Below are positions 44,205-55,249 of a DNA stretch of 55,249 bases, in pieces (position 1 is the first letter of the stretch; each line of letters starts with the position of its first letter). The notes under the pieces were generated by a model. It was not told the origin of the DNA. It did no database searches and saw only the letters and a program-made list of their open reading frames with translations. A program made the translations under genes and the position numbers. Where the stretch lies: positions 1 to 55,249 of the forward strand of contig QPMI01000678.1 of assembly GCA_004431415.1 (NCBI GenBank). Direction: 5' to 3'. This DNA is from Cyanophora paradoxa CCMP329 (taxonomy: Eukaryota; Plantae; Glaucophyta).

Positions 44205-46122
44205 TCAGCGGCGGGCGCGGGTGTGGACGGCCTCGAGGACGACCTGGGCGGCGAGCTCCGACGAGGCCCGCCCCGCCTCCGGGCACCTGCGCATCCCCCG
44301 CCCCCGCCTCAGCCGGCGGGCGCCCAGCGAGGGCGGGGTGAGGGAGGGAGGGCGGGCGCCTCATGCGGGCGAGGGTGCCGGCGACGCCGGCGGCCTGCGC
44401 GGCGCGGGCGGCGGGGTCCGCGAGGAGGGCCCCCGCCGCGCCGGCGATGGGCCCCGGGCGGCACGCCTCGAACACGAACTCCGGGACGGGCGGCTCCCCC
44501 TGCGCGCGGGCGCTCCCGGATCAAATTCGAGCCCGGGGCGCGGGGTCGAGACCCCGGGGGCGGCCGGGCGCCTGGGCGAAGATGTTGAGAAGGGAGACGT
44601 GGCGGACGGCGGCGAGGCGGCGCGCCGCGAGGGCCGTCAGCGGGTGCGCGTCATACGCCACCACCTGCCGCCCCGCTCGGTTTCGAATTCGAATTCGAAT
44701 GTGGATGGTGAGCGGGGTCACCTGCGGTGCGCCGGCCGCGGCGAGCTCGACGGAGACCGTCCCCGAGGCCGCCACCGCCGCGTCGCACGCCTGCCGCCCT
44801 CCCCCTCGCCAGGGGCAGGCGAGGAGAGGGGACGCGCGGGCGCCGCGCACCGCGAAGAGGCGCCTGCGGTCCGGGGAGGAGGGGAGGACGCGGAGGGGCA
44901 GGCGATCCGCGAGGAGCCTGCCGGCCAGTGCCTGGACCCGCTCGTGCACCAGCGGCACTGCCCGCCGCCGGGGTCGGCTGCGCTAGCGGCCTCGGCGGGG
45001 GATGGCGCCGCGCGGACCCGTGGGAATGACAGCGTGCAGGTCGGGAAAGTCCGCCGCGAGGAGCCGAGCCGCCTCCGCGAAGACCGGCAGCAGGCGGTCG
45101 ACCTCCCCCGGCCTGCGGGGCGGGGAGCAAGGGGCGCGTTGGCCGGCGGCCACGGCGGTCGCGCGCTCCCCGCCCCGGGGCGTCGAGCGCGCGCCTGCTG
45201 CCGGGGAGCACGCAGAGGGCCGTCGCCTTGTCGGGCCTGCGCGGGCGGGCGCGCGGCTCGGGCGGGAGAGGAGAAGCGAGTGGGCAGGGCGGGCGGGAAG
45301 GGCGCACAGGCCCAGAACCTCGGCTCGGAACCCGGCGCGCTGAGTGGCACCCTCAAACACCTATGGAAGTCGTCGGGCAGGTGCGATGGCATGGCGCGGG
45401 GAGCGCACCGCCCCAGCGGCCTCGTCCAGGGCGGGGTGGCCCACGAACGTCGCGGGGACTCCGGTGCGCTCGAAGATTGCGGGCTCGTTTGGGAGAATGC
45501 ACAGCAGGTGGTCGACGAGGCTCTTGAGGCCCTGGGCGCGGCCCTCGCCGTTGCGGTAGGCCCAGACGGACGGCGCGACGTAGTGGACGAGGGGCGGGCA
45601 GGGCGCGCCATCCGCTGCCGCCGCGCGCCCGTCGGCTGGGCCCGCCGAGCCGCCGGCGTGCCGCGCACCTCGCAGTGCCTTCAGCACGCGAAAGTTGAAG
45701 CCCTTCGAGTCGATCGTGACCACGGCGTCCGGCCTCTCCGAGCGGATTGCGGCGGCGGCCTGGCGGATCCTGAGCTGCGCGTGGTTTCAGCGTGGAGCTG
45801 TACAAGAGGTCCGAGACACGCGGACGGACCCAGAGGCGCGGGAGGTGCGGGACGAGCTCCGCGAGGCCCATCACGCAGATGTCGCTCATGGGGAAAACGG
45901 GGCGCAGGCCCTCCGCCACCATCAGGTCCCTGGCACTCAGGTCATCCGTGCGCACTGCGTACGCGAGCGCCGGGCGCGGCCGCACCCGCCCACTCCGACG
46001 AACTCGACGCGCGCGCCAGCGCCGCCGCGGGCCGGGCCGGCGGCCAGTCGGCGCAGCGAGGCCATCAGCCGCGCGCCGATGGCGTCGCCGGACGGCTCCC
46101 CAGCCAGCAGCGCGAGCTTCAT
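44205..46122 (-). CDS. lpxB: Lipid-A-disaccharide synthase (GT19), spliced
   Basis: LLAGEPSGDAIGARLM, VGVGG, ICVMGLAELV, TIDSKGFNFRV, VHYVAPSVWAYR, LCILPNE, FVGHP, LPGSR, AASGTVSVELA, VSLLNI. Confidence 0.94.
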
Positions 46123-46620
46123 CGAGTTCGATTCGAGTTCGTGCTGTACCCGGGCTGCGCTGACTTCGAATTTGGCGCCGGCGCCGGGGGCCGCTGGCCA
46201 TGGCATGGCGCCGGCGCCGGCTCGAATGCTAATCCTTTACGCGCGCAAGCCCCTCGCCCGGGGCCTTGGCGGCTTGCGACACGATGGAATGCTCGTATTC
46301 GAAAAATATCAGAGCACATCTCACTTCGACCATCGATATCTCCGCATGCAATGAATACACGACGTCGGCCAAATCTCATGGTACAGGTTTACAGTGGATC
46401 AACGCTGTCAGCGCAGCAAAATCTGCCCGAGAAAAACGCTGTTGAAGGAAAAAGATTACGAAGAACTGCTTTATACAGCTGCAAACAAGAAAAAGCAAGG
46501 GGCGCTGGCGCCCAGGAATTCAATGGTTTGTGCAATGCTGCAAGTAAAAACCTGCTTTCGCTGCAGAGCCGAAAAAGGGCGAGCGAAAAACATGGGGGCG
46601 AAGCGCTGAAAGCGCTGTGG

Positions 46621-48543
46621 CTAGTAGGGGCGTGCGGCGATGGCCGCGGCCGGGGAGGTGCGCGGGGAGGGGCTGCAGCCCTGGCTCCCGCTCTGGCGGC
46701 CGCTGCCGCCGAAGCTGCTGGTGCGGCTCCCGCTGCCGAACGACTCCATGGAGCTGTTGAGGGCGGCGGAGGCGGCGGCGGGGGCGCCGATGTGCGCGCC
46801 GCTGATGATGCGGTCGAGCTCCTCGTCGTCGAACTCGGTCGCCTCGCCCGGGCCGGCGACCTCCAGGGGGACGGCGGCGGCGCCCTCGGCCTCGCCGCCC
46901 CCGCTCTCCTCCCCGCTCTCCCCGTCCTCCGGCAGGTCCGGCGCCGACGGCTCGCCGGGCGGGTCCCACTTGTGCAGCTCCCGCCGCCACTGCCCCGCGC
47001 ACACGTCAGGCCGACGGGAAGAAACGAAAGGAAAGGAAATGAAAGGAAGCGGCGGACCTTGCGGATCAGGCCGTCCCAGGCGCGCTTGGAGCACTTCATG
47101 TACTTGTCGGGCGTGCGCGCGTCGCCGCGCCGCCGGCGGTGCCTGCCCGAGGCAGCGCGGGTCAGAGGGGGCCGGGCCGGGGCGCGCGGGGGGGGCAGGG
47201 CGTGGCGCGGCGCACTTGGGGACGAGCTGGACGTAGCGGTCGTAGCCGCGGGTGTTCTTTCCGTAGTCGATCTGCTTCTGACGCTGGCGCAGCCGGTGCG
47301 GGTCCTCCTCCTTCTCGCCGGCCGCCCCGCCGACCGCCGGGGGCGAGGGCGACTGGGCGTGCGAGCCCGAGCCCGCGCCCGAGCCCGAGGTCGATGAGGA
47401 GCGCCCGCTGGCGCTGCACGACGAGGAGCGCGGGTGCGCCTGCGCGTGCACATGCGGGTCGCCCCTGCCCTGCGCCCCGTGCTGCTGCTGCTGCTGCTGC
47501 GGCGGCGGCGGCTGCCCGCGCTGCCCGAAGAGCTGCTGCTGAGGCGGCGGCGCCATGCGCTGGCCGGAGGAAGAGAAGGAAGAGGAAGAGAGGGAGGAGG
47601 CGGCGGAGCCGCGGGGCCGCTTGCCCCACTCGTTCGGCGAGTTCTGCGGCGACGAGAAGGGCGACGGGGTGCCGTTCGGCACGGGCGAGCCGGGCGGGCC
47701 CAGCAGGCCGTACGCGGCCTCGTCCTCGAAGGCCGGCCGCGACTTCTTGTTGTCCGGCTCCGAGGGGCTCCGCACCGTGCGCCGCGGGGAGCGCGAGCGC
47801 CCGCGCTCGCGCTCCGCGAGCGGCGCCGACGCATGTCGCTGGCCCGGCGGCCGGTTCAGGAAGGAGGGCGACGCGGGAGACATGGAGAAGCCGCCGGGGT
47901 GGGGGTTCGGCATGGGCAGCACCCCGCCGGGCTGCTGCAGCATGTAGCTCCCCGGGGGAGAGTGGGGCCCTTGCTGCGACGCGAACTGGGACCCGCTGGT
48001 CACGGCGGCCGCAGCGGCCGCGGCCGCGAGCGCCGCCGCGGCCGCCTGCGTCGCGATTTCGGGATGGACGCCGGTGTTCACAAGGGCGGCGGCCGCCGCG
48101 GCCGCCGCGACGTCGGCGGCCGAGGCGTGTGCACGGAAACCGTTGGACGGCGACGGAACAGCGCACGCGTTGCTCAGCGCCGTTAAGAAGTCGTCGTAAG
48201 GAGGCGGGGCGCTGAACACCCCGGGGCCCCCAGCGGTCGACAGTTGCCCGGGCGCGGCCATCGTACGAATGGGAGCATGAAGAATATTCTGGGGACTTGG
48301 GACGGAAGCCGCACGGTAGAGCTGGGCGGCGACAAGGTCGGAGGTCCCGCCGACGTGGGGCTGGCGCGAAGGGGAGCGCAGCTGTTGCTCCGCGCCGCCC
48401 GCAGCAGCGATGGCCGCAAGATCAAAGGCGTTCGGCTGCCGCGGCTGCTGCCCAATAAGGCGATCGAAAAAGGCGTCCTTGGTCGGGCCCGTCGAGCGGC
48501 TGGCCGCTATCTGATTCAGGCCAGGGACCCGTAGCGAATCCAT
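46621..48543 (-). CDS. SLBP: Histone mRNA stem-loop binding protein-like, spliced
   Basis: DPHRLRQRQKQIDYGKNTRGYDRYVQLVPK|HRRRRGDARTPDKYMKCSKRAWDGLIRK|WRRELHKWDP is the SLBP RNA-binding domain. Long low-complexity N-terminus; start codon uncertain. Confidence 0.9.
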   Translation of the reverse strand: MDSLRVPGLNQIAASRSTGPTKDAFFDRLIGQQPRQPNAFDLAAIAAAGGAEQQLRSPSRQPHVGGTSDLVAAQLYRAASVPSPQNILHAPIRTMAAPGQLSTAGGPGVFSAPPPYDDFLTALSNACAVPSPSNGFRAHASAADVAAAAAAAALVNTGVHPEIATQAAAAALAAAAAAAAVTSGSQFASQQGPHSPPGSYMLQQPGGVLPMPNPHPGGFSMSPASPSFLNRPPGQRHASAPLAERERGRSRSPRRTVRSPSEPDNKKSRPAFEDEAAYGLLGPPGSPVPNGTPSPFSSPQNSPNEWGKRPRGSAASSLSSSSFSSSGQRMAPPPQQQLFGQRGQPPPPQQQQQQHGAQGRGDPHVHAQAHPRSSSCSASGRSSSTSGSGAGSGSHAQSPSPPAVGGAAGEKEEDPHRLRQRQKQIDYGKNTRGYDRYVQLVPKCAAPRPAPPARPGPAPSDPRCLGQAPPAARRRAHARQVHEVLQARLGRPDPQGPPLPFISFPFVSSRRPDVCAGQWRRELHKWDPPGEPSAPDLPEDGESGEESGGGEAEGAAAVPLEVAGPGEATEFDDEELDRIISGAHIGAPAAASAALNSSMESFGSGSRTSSFGGSGRQSGSQGCSPSPRTSPAAAIAARPY

Positions 48544-48857
48544 GTCGACGATCGCTCGGAGCTCCTGAGCTCCCTCGCGCTCTTTCGCGGCTCCGAGCTG
48601 CGTGACGAAAACGGCATCCGTCAGAACGGCGCGCTGCACTCATGCGGTGTAATCGCAGTGAAGGCGCGTACCTTGCGCGACGCCTCGCGTCGTCCCCGCC
48701 TCACGCGTCGGTGCTGCGGGTTCCCGCGCAAGTGTGGTGGACTGTACCCGGCCGCCGGCTGGCCGCTTGTTCACCTGCCGCCTACTGGTCGCCCCGCCAG
48801 CGCCCGTGCACAGCAGGCTGCTAGCAGCTGCGTGCTAGCCTCGTGGATAGAGCGACG

Positions 48858-50328
48858 ATGCAGCCGGTCGCCATGGTCCCTCCGGGCCACCTCGCCCCAC
48901 GAGAGCCGCAGCAGTACTCAACAGGTCTTTGCGGTTGCTGCGAAGACCCCGGCTCCTGTGAGTGATTTCTATTTGTTTTCTCCTAGCGCAACGGCGCGTC
49001 GGTCGGATGCATATGAGGTCGCACTCGGAGAGGAGCGGTACCTGGCCGCAGACGCGCCCGGCGCCAGCGCGGCTGGCAGGAGAGAATAGCTATGGACGTA
49101 CGTATACGCGTGACCCTAACCGTGGGTCCGCCCCCGCCTCAGGCCTCATCTCGTGCCTGTGCCCTCAAATCCAGATCGGGCTGACCGCTCAAGCATTCGA
49201 CGGCAGCGACTGCTGCTTGACGACTACGGTCACCTGCCTCATCGACTGGTGCGGCACGAATATTTCTGTAGCTCGAGCCCGGCGCGGCGCTGCTTATTGA
49301 ATATTCCTGACCGCGCTGCGCGCGCGCACGCAGGGTCGCGTGCTACCTCGGCACTGTCGTGCGCACCCGCGCCTGCTTTGCGCTCCTTCGGGAACTCGAT
49401 CAGATCCTAGGAAGGATTCGGGGGTCTTTAATTTGGGGGCGAAGCGCCGGCGTTTCCGTGTCACAATGTTGCTCGAACTTAAGCCTGAAGCTTCTTTCGC
49501 AGGGGATGGGGTGCCAATACCGCAGGAAGATTCGCCGGGCCTACAATCTGGAGCCTGCAGACGAGTGCTACGACTGCCTTGTTTTCTGCTGCTGTGAGTA
49601 ACCGGGCGCCGCGCCGTCCTCGTGGGGCAGGGACGCGGGAGGAGCTCGAGCTCCTTTAATTTCTAGTTGCGGACGCCTTTCGCGCGCGTCCGACGGTCGG
49701 CGCCTGAGTGCGAATTTGCGGCAGGCAACTGCTGCGCGGTGTCGCAGGACGCCCGGGAGGTCATGTGCGGCGCCCCCCCTGCCCCTGCCCCCTCCGCTGG
49801 CCATGGCCCTGCATGCATGTGCGGCTCATGCTTGGGTCCCGCAGGAAGCGTGGCCGCGCCCCCGTCGCTTTCCTCGCCCCGTCTCTGCGGCCCTACGCCC
49901 CGCAGCCAGTCGTCATGGCCGGACCCGGGCAAGGGCCCCTGTACGCGTACCCCGCTGGTGGTGCTGCGTACCCCCACGGCGCCGCATACCCTCCTCCGGG
50001 GTACGGGGCCATCCCCACATCCTTCGGGCCGATTCCCCCTGGCGCGTACGGCCCGTTACCCCCCGCGGCCGGTGGCTACACCGGCCCCTACCCTCCCTAC
50101 CCCGCAACCGCCCCGCAGCCGCTAGCTATGTACCAGGCGCCGTACAGCTACCCCCCCGGCTATCCGGCGCCGGCCCAGTACCCACCGGCCCAGGCTCCCT
50201 ACTATCCGCCTCACCCAGAGGCCGCGGCTGGTGTGGGCGCCGGCCCTTCGAATTCAGCGGCCGCGTTCCAGCAGCATCTCGCGCAGGCTCCTTCGGCCCC
50301 CATGGCTCCTAGTTCGAACCAGATCTAG
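48858..50328 (+). CDS. PLAC8-family Cys-rich protein with Pro/Tyr-rich tail, spliced
   Basis: QYSTGLCGCCEDPGS|CLISCLCP…YRRKIRRAYNL…DCLVFCCC…CCAVSQDARE matches the PLAC8 consensus. Confidence 0.85.
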
Positions 50329-50609
50329 ATCTCATTTGAGGAATAGCTATAGTTTTTCATATTGATACATTCAATGATTGCCGCAGTGCTGCTGCAAGCG
50401 CTCAGTTGGGGGAGCGATGGGGTATCTGTACGTATACTAGTATGCTAGACGCTACTGATCATGAATAATCCCATCCCCTACAAGGAACCCATCAAAATCT
50501 CGACCTTAGCAACAGTTAAAGAAAGGGGCGAGAAATAAGCTACGCAGAGGGCTACGGGCAGGCAAAGTCACGGGGAGAAGAGAAAGGGTCAAAAAGGTGC
50601 AGGCGCTAG

Positions 50610-52659
50610 CTACGCGTCGCCGCGGCGGGGCGGGGGCCCGTGGTAGGCGGGGCTGTCGCGGGCGGCGGCGGCGGCGTCGCCGGGGGCGCCGGGCTGCGCG
50701 GCGGGGCGGGCGCGGAGGCCGCCGAGGGGGCCGCTGGAGGGCGGCTTGGCGAAGCGGCGGACCGAGTCGGAGGGGCTGCCGGGCGCGCTCGCCCCTGCCC
50801 CGCGGTGGTCGCGGCGACCTCGGCGTCGGCGCCGTGCGCGTGGACGGCGGCCGCCGCCGTGGCCAGGCGCCGCAGCGTCGACGAGGCCGAGTTGTCCGAC
50901 CCGCGCCGCCCCCCGCCCGCCTCCACGTCCGCCTCGGGCTCCGCCGAGGCCATGAGCGCCGCCTGCGAGAAGGGGTGCAGGGCCGGCGCCCGCGCCCCCT
51001 CCGCCTCCGTCTCGGGCTGGGAGGTGCGCCGCGTGGGGGCGAAGGAGCGCGTGAAGGCCTTGCCGAGCTTGCTGAGGGCGCCGGCGGCGGCCCCCGGGCC
51101 CTCGGTCGAGCGCTTGCGGTTCTGGCCGACGCCGGCACCCTCCGACATGAACCCCGTCTTCGAGCGCCCGATCTGCCTGCGGGGGCGGGCGCGCGGCGGG
51201 GCTCAGCCCGGGCCCGAGCGAGCGGGGGCGCGGGGGCGGCGCGAGGCGGGCGCACTTGAAGGTGGCGGCGCCGCCGCGGGCATCGCCCTCGCCCTCGGCG
51301 TCGGCCTCGGCGGCCTCGGGGGCCGGCTCCTCGGGGACCTCCTCGCCGAGGGTGCGCATCATCTCGGCGCGGCGCTTCTGCGTCTCGGCGGCCTTGCGCT
51401 CGCGCTCCTTGCGCTCGCGCTCGCGGTCGATGGCGAGCATGCGGGAGACGACGTCGCCGCCGGCGGCGCGGGACTCGTCGGGGAGCGAGTGGTTGTCCGA
51501 GATGTCCGAGTAGTCCGACTCGCTCTCCGAGTCGGAGCGGTTCGCGGCCCGCACGACCTCCACGACCCGCCGCACCTGCTCCTTGTACCGCTTGTACTCC
51601 CCCAGGTTCTCCTCCATCGCCATCAGCACCAGGTAGTAGTTCTCCAGCGCCGCCGGCGTCACCTGAGGCGCGGGCAGGGGCGTCGGGGGGCGAGGCTGGC
51701 GGGCGGGGGGCGGTGGGGGCGGGGCAAGACCTTGGAGAAGTCGGGCATGTGGAGCGGGGCCTGGTGGCGCCACGTCTCGGGCTTCATCAGGTCGATGTCC
51801 ACCACCTCCTTCACCGCCCGCTCGTCTGCGCGCGCGCGCGGGGAAGAGTGTCGGACCGGGAGCCCCCGGCCCGCGCACGGGCACGGGCGGCGGGGAGGGC
51901 GCCCACCCTTGGCGGCGCTGTCGCGGGAGACGAGCGAGCGCGTCGCCTTGTCCTCCTTCTTCTGGGCCTTGGAGGCCTGGCGCGGGGCGTCGGGGGCGGC
52001 GGCAGCGGGCGCAGGGCCGCGCGAGGAGGCCCCGCGCGCACGATCTGGAGGTTGGTGACGAGCACGCCAACGAGGATGTTGACCCCGATGTACGCGCTGC
52101 GCCCCGCCCAGCCCGCCCGGCGGCGTCGGAGGGCGCGGCGGCGCCCCCCGGGGGCGCACGGAGCCGCCCGCACCTGCCAACAATCCAGGCGAGGTAGTAG
52201 GCGGAGATAGGGATGAAGTAGCCGGCGTCCTGCCCCGCGGTGAGGGGGAGGGGGGACGGCGGGGGCGCCTGCGCGCGGGGGCGGGGGCGCACGACGGTGG
52301 CCCAGTAGGTGACCTGCCACCCGTCCTGCGTCATCGCCGCGAAGAGCGTGTAGAACGCTGCGCGGGGCGGAGAGGTGCGTCAGAGGGAGCGGCGCGGCAC
52401 GGCGCTGTCGGGGCCCCAGGGGGCGGGGGGGCGGACAGTTCTCGAGGGTGCCCCAGTAGGGGCGCATCTCGGGCGGCTCGCCGAACGAGTCGATGGAGAT
52501 CACCGCGAAGATGAAGTACACGATCATCAGCAGCAGAATCACCTGCCGCCCCCCGCCCGTCAGCCCAGGCGGGGAAAAGCGTGGGGTGGGTGAGCGGGTG
52601 GGCGGGCGGGTGTGGGGTGGGGGAGGGCGGGTGTATGTGTGTGTGTGTGTGTGGGGGGT

Positions 52660-52690
<31 letters not shown>

Positions 52691-53993
52691 CGGTTACGTT
52701 CGCCATGTCGGGGAGGGACTCCAGGATCGTCTCGACGATGATCTGCAGACTCTTCAACGCCCTGGGGGGTACGCGTGAGTTCCGGGATGCGGAGGGGGTG
52801 GAGGAGTGAGGGGGGTACGGGCGGACGCGATAGAGCGGAGGGTGCGGAAGGCGCGGAGGACGCGGAAGATGCGCATGATGCGGCCGCTAGAGAGGAAGGC
52901 GAGCTCTGCGCGGTGGGGGGCGCGGGCCGTGTCGGGAAGTGGAAAGAGGAAGAGGAAGGAAGGCAAAAAGGGGCCGCACGGGAGCCGAGGAGCTCGCCCA
53001 TGAGGGAGATAAAGACGAGAGCAAAGTCGAAGATGTTCCAGCCGACCTGTCCCCGAGTCAGTTCGACGCTGGGGGGCCGGCGGGCCGGGGAGGAAGGGGG
53101 GGGGGGGCAGCACCCGCCAGAAGGCGAAGAAGCCGTAGCCCCACTTGAGGGCGATCTCGAGGGTGAAGACGGTGAGGAAGATGCGGTCCAGCACGTCGAA
53201 TATCAGCTGCCCCTGCTTCGTCTGCGCCCCGCGCGTCGGAGAGAGGACCGCGTCGCGGCGGCCGGCGGCCGGCGGCGGGGCGGGCGGGCGGGCGCACGAG
53301 GGAGGTGTCGGTGGAGACACCGACCATGATGCTGGTCGCGAAGATGACCACGAGGATCGTGTTCGAGAAGACGCCCGAGGCCAGGAACTTGGCGAGCAGG
53401 TCCTGGCTCACGTAGTCCTCGAACTCTGCCGCCCCGCGCCCCGCGTGAGGAGGAAGGAAGAAGGAACGAACCGGAGAGAGCGCGCACCGTCATTCGCGTC
53501 GTGGTCCACGATCTCCATGAAGACCGGGTACTTGGGCTTGCCCGCGTCCTGCACCCGGTCCGCCATGAGCCGCGGGCGCGCTCTGCGTGGGCGGGGGGGC
53601 GCAGTGTCGCACCGCATTCGTCTTCTTCTCAAAGTGTAATCGGTTTGCGCCGCCTTCATGCCTCTTTGCCCGCACCGCTTCCTTCCTGCTCGGCGCCTAA
53701 GCGCTGCGGGACGAGCGGCGCACTCCGTAGGCGGGTCTCACCCGTGAAATGGAGCCTCTCTATTCAAGAAGATCTGCCGCGGTTCCAGCTGCTTCCCTAT
53801 CTTGAAGTTCGGCGGCAGGACAATACCAGGCTGCGAGGGGTTGTAAGGCGCGCCGCACGCAAGCTGGGAAGTTGCGGCCTACCGGTTTGATTCCCAGGTT
53901 TCCTATGTCATCGTTCACGCGTAGCTTGGCCGAGAGGGGACCCCGCTGGTCCACGATCTTCGCAAGCCAGTCTTCCTTTTTGCTGACCGCCAT
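50610..53993 (-). CDS. CatSper4-like single-domain voltage-gated Ca2+ channel alpha subunit, spliced
   Basis: S2-S3 IFTLEIALKW-type segment (VFTLEIALKW…GWNIFDF). S4 RIMRIFRVLRAFRTLRSI. Pore FAAMTQDGW. S6 YIGVNILVGVLVTNL. Tail LENYYLVLMAMEENLGEYKRYKEQVRRVVEVVR. Confidence 0.85.
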
Positions 53994-54364
53994 CCCCGCA
54001 CGAGCGCGGGGGCCTGCAGTCGCAGGCGGATCTCCACTCGATCCGAAGCTGCCGAGCTGAATGCCGGGCGACCTAACGCTGCAGCGCTCTTAGCTGGACA
54101 AGCGCGGACGATCCGGTTGCGGTCGCTTCGCCCTTTTTCACGCGGGGGAGACAAATGCGCAGAGTCGCTGCAGCACAGCTTGGGCAGGGCGGGTCACGCA
54201 GCTAGGCGTGTTGGGCGGGTCAGGAGTCGGACTCAGGACAGAGGAGACCCGCGTGCTGGCTGCGGGTGGGGCTCTCCCTGGCAAACCCAGTGAACTACAA
54301 CTCGGAAGCGACGCGGACGGGCGGCTGAGGTCGGGCTGCCGGACGAAGAACTCCGTACCCCGTC

Positions 54365-54560
54365 GGTCGGCTGCACTGCCGCTCCAGTGCCGCTGCACGG
54401 CCGCTGCAGTGCCGCTGCACTGCCCCGCTGCAGGCCATTGCCAGGCCGCTGCCAGCCGCTGCCAGGCCGTAGCCATGCCAGCCTTTGCATGCCAGGCTGC
54501 CGCCAGGCCGATGACGGCGGCCCCAATGCAATTAGCTGCAGCTAATTGCAATGCATGCAC
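54365..54560. repeat. Degenerate GCCGCTGCA/TGCCAG tandem repeats ending in a perfect 24-bp palindrome
   Basis: Units of about 11 bp. TGCAATTAGCTGCAGCTAATTGCA at 54527-54550 is its own reverse complement. Confidence 0.75.
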
Positions 54561-54854
54561 ACAGTGATGTGGGCGGTGGGTGAGCGGCTCGCTTGATGAA
54601 TCGGCGGCGCGCAGCGGCCGCGCGGGTCGCCGGATGGCGGCGCGGCTCGGCGGGCGGGGCAGAGCGTCAAGCGAGCGGGCCGCCAGACGATTCAAATTCT
54701 CAATCTTCGGACGATGGCGGACCGGGGCTCCGAGGCTCGCTGATCCGCGGGCGGAGCGCGCGCGTGCAGCGGTCGCGCGACGTCGACTCGCCGACGTCGG
54801 GCGGGGCGAATGAGCGGCGCGACTCGCCGGCGGCGGGCGGGTCAGGGCCGTGGC

Positions 54855-55249
54855 GGCGCGGCTCACCGGCCGCGGGCGGGGCGGAGGCGCGGCGGGCGGC
54901 GGCGCGGCTCGCCAGGCTGGACGGAGGCGGGTCGGGCGGCGGCGCGGCTCGCTGGGCAGGGCGGAGGCGCGGCGGGCGGCGGCGCGGCTCGCCGGGCGGG
55001 ACGGAGGCGCGACGGCGGCGGCGCGGCTCGTCGGCGGCGGCGGTGCGGAGGCGGGGCGGGCGGAGGCGCGGCTCGCTGGGCGCCGCGGGGCGGAGGCGCG
55101 GCGGGCGGCGGCGCGGCTCGCTGGGCAGGGCGGAGGCGCGGCGGGCGGCGGCGCGGCTCGCCAGGCTGGACGGAGGCGGGTCGGGCGGCGGCGCGGCTCG
55201 CTGGGCTGGACGGAGGCGCGGTCGGGCGGCGGCGCGGCTCGCCGGGCGG
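54855..55249. repeat. G-rich minisatellite, ~39-40-bp unit, runs off the right edge
   Basis: Repeated GGCGCGGCTCGCYRGGCNGGRCGGAGGCGCGGCGGGCGGC-like unit, roughly 9-10 copies. Confidence 0.85.

Noticed and set aside
44682-44700. TTCGAATTCGAATTCGAA as a heat-shock element
   Set aside because: Intronic 6-bp tandem repeat lacking the nGAAnnTTCn spacing.
44205-46122. Bacterial contamination suggested by lpxB
   Set aside because: The gene has multiple host-type spliceosomal introns and eukaryotic neighbours.
44221-47397. 1058-aa plus-strand ORF and similar long Arg/Gly/Pro-rich ORFs (e.g. 13676-15991, 19774-21303)
   Set aside because: They are antisense or off-frame to recognisable spliced genes. 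Stop codons are rare at this GC content and no domains are present.

Overview
Nuclear DNA from a very GC-rich, compact, intron-dense eukaryote with a flagellum and probably a primary plastid. A glaucophyte such as Cyanophora is my best guess, inferred from an MAAF-type transit peptide, lpxB, a PICKLE-like CHD and a CatSper subunit. Bases 1-12,000 are an accessory region: a degenerate gag-like/unknown ORF block, three non-autonomous hAT elements with 8-bp TSDs, a Tc1/mariner-type MITE, a poly(A) retroposon with a 14-bp TSD, and an inverted remnant of an F-box paralogue. Bases 12,000-54,000 hold about 14 spliced genes, mostly in head-to-head pairs: F-box protein, CFAP221, IFT139/TTC21B, HMG-box factor, WW/RS protein, WH1-CRIB protein, hypothetical, CHD3/PICKLE-like remodeler, ATAT1, putative plastid protein, lpxB, SLBP, PLAC8 protein and a CatSper4-like channel. 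The strongest unexplained signal is in gene architecture. About 40-55% of introns in the large genes use GC-AG junctions with weak donors, and synonymous codons switch almost digitally from G-ending to C-ending along many exons, with introns at the C-to-G switch. Intergenic mosaics of short palindromes are also unexplained. Most long ORFs in the supplied track are GC-rich or antisense artefacts. Gene models were spliced by eye and family assignments are from recalled motifs, so boundaries are approximate.
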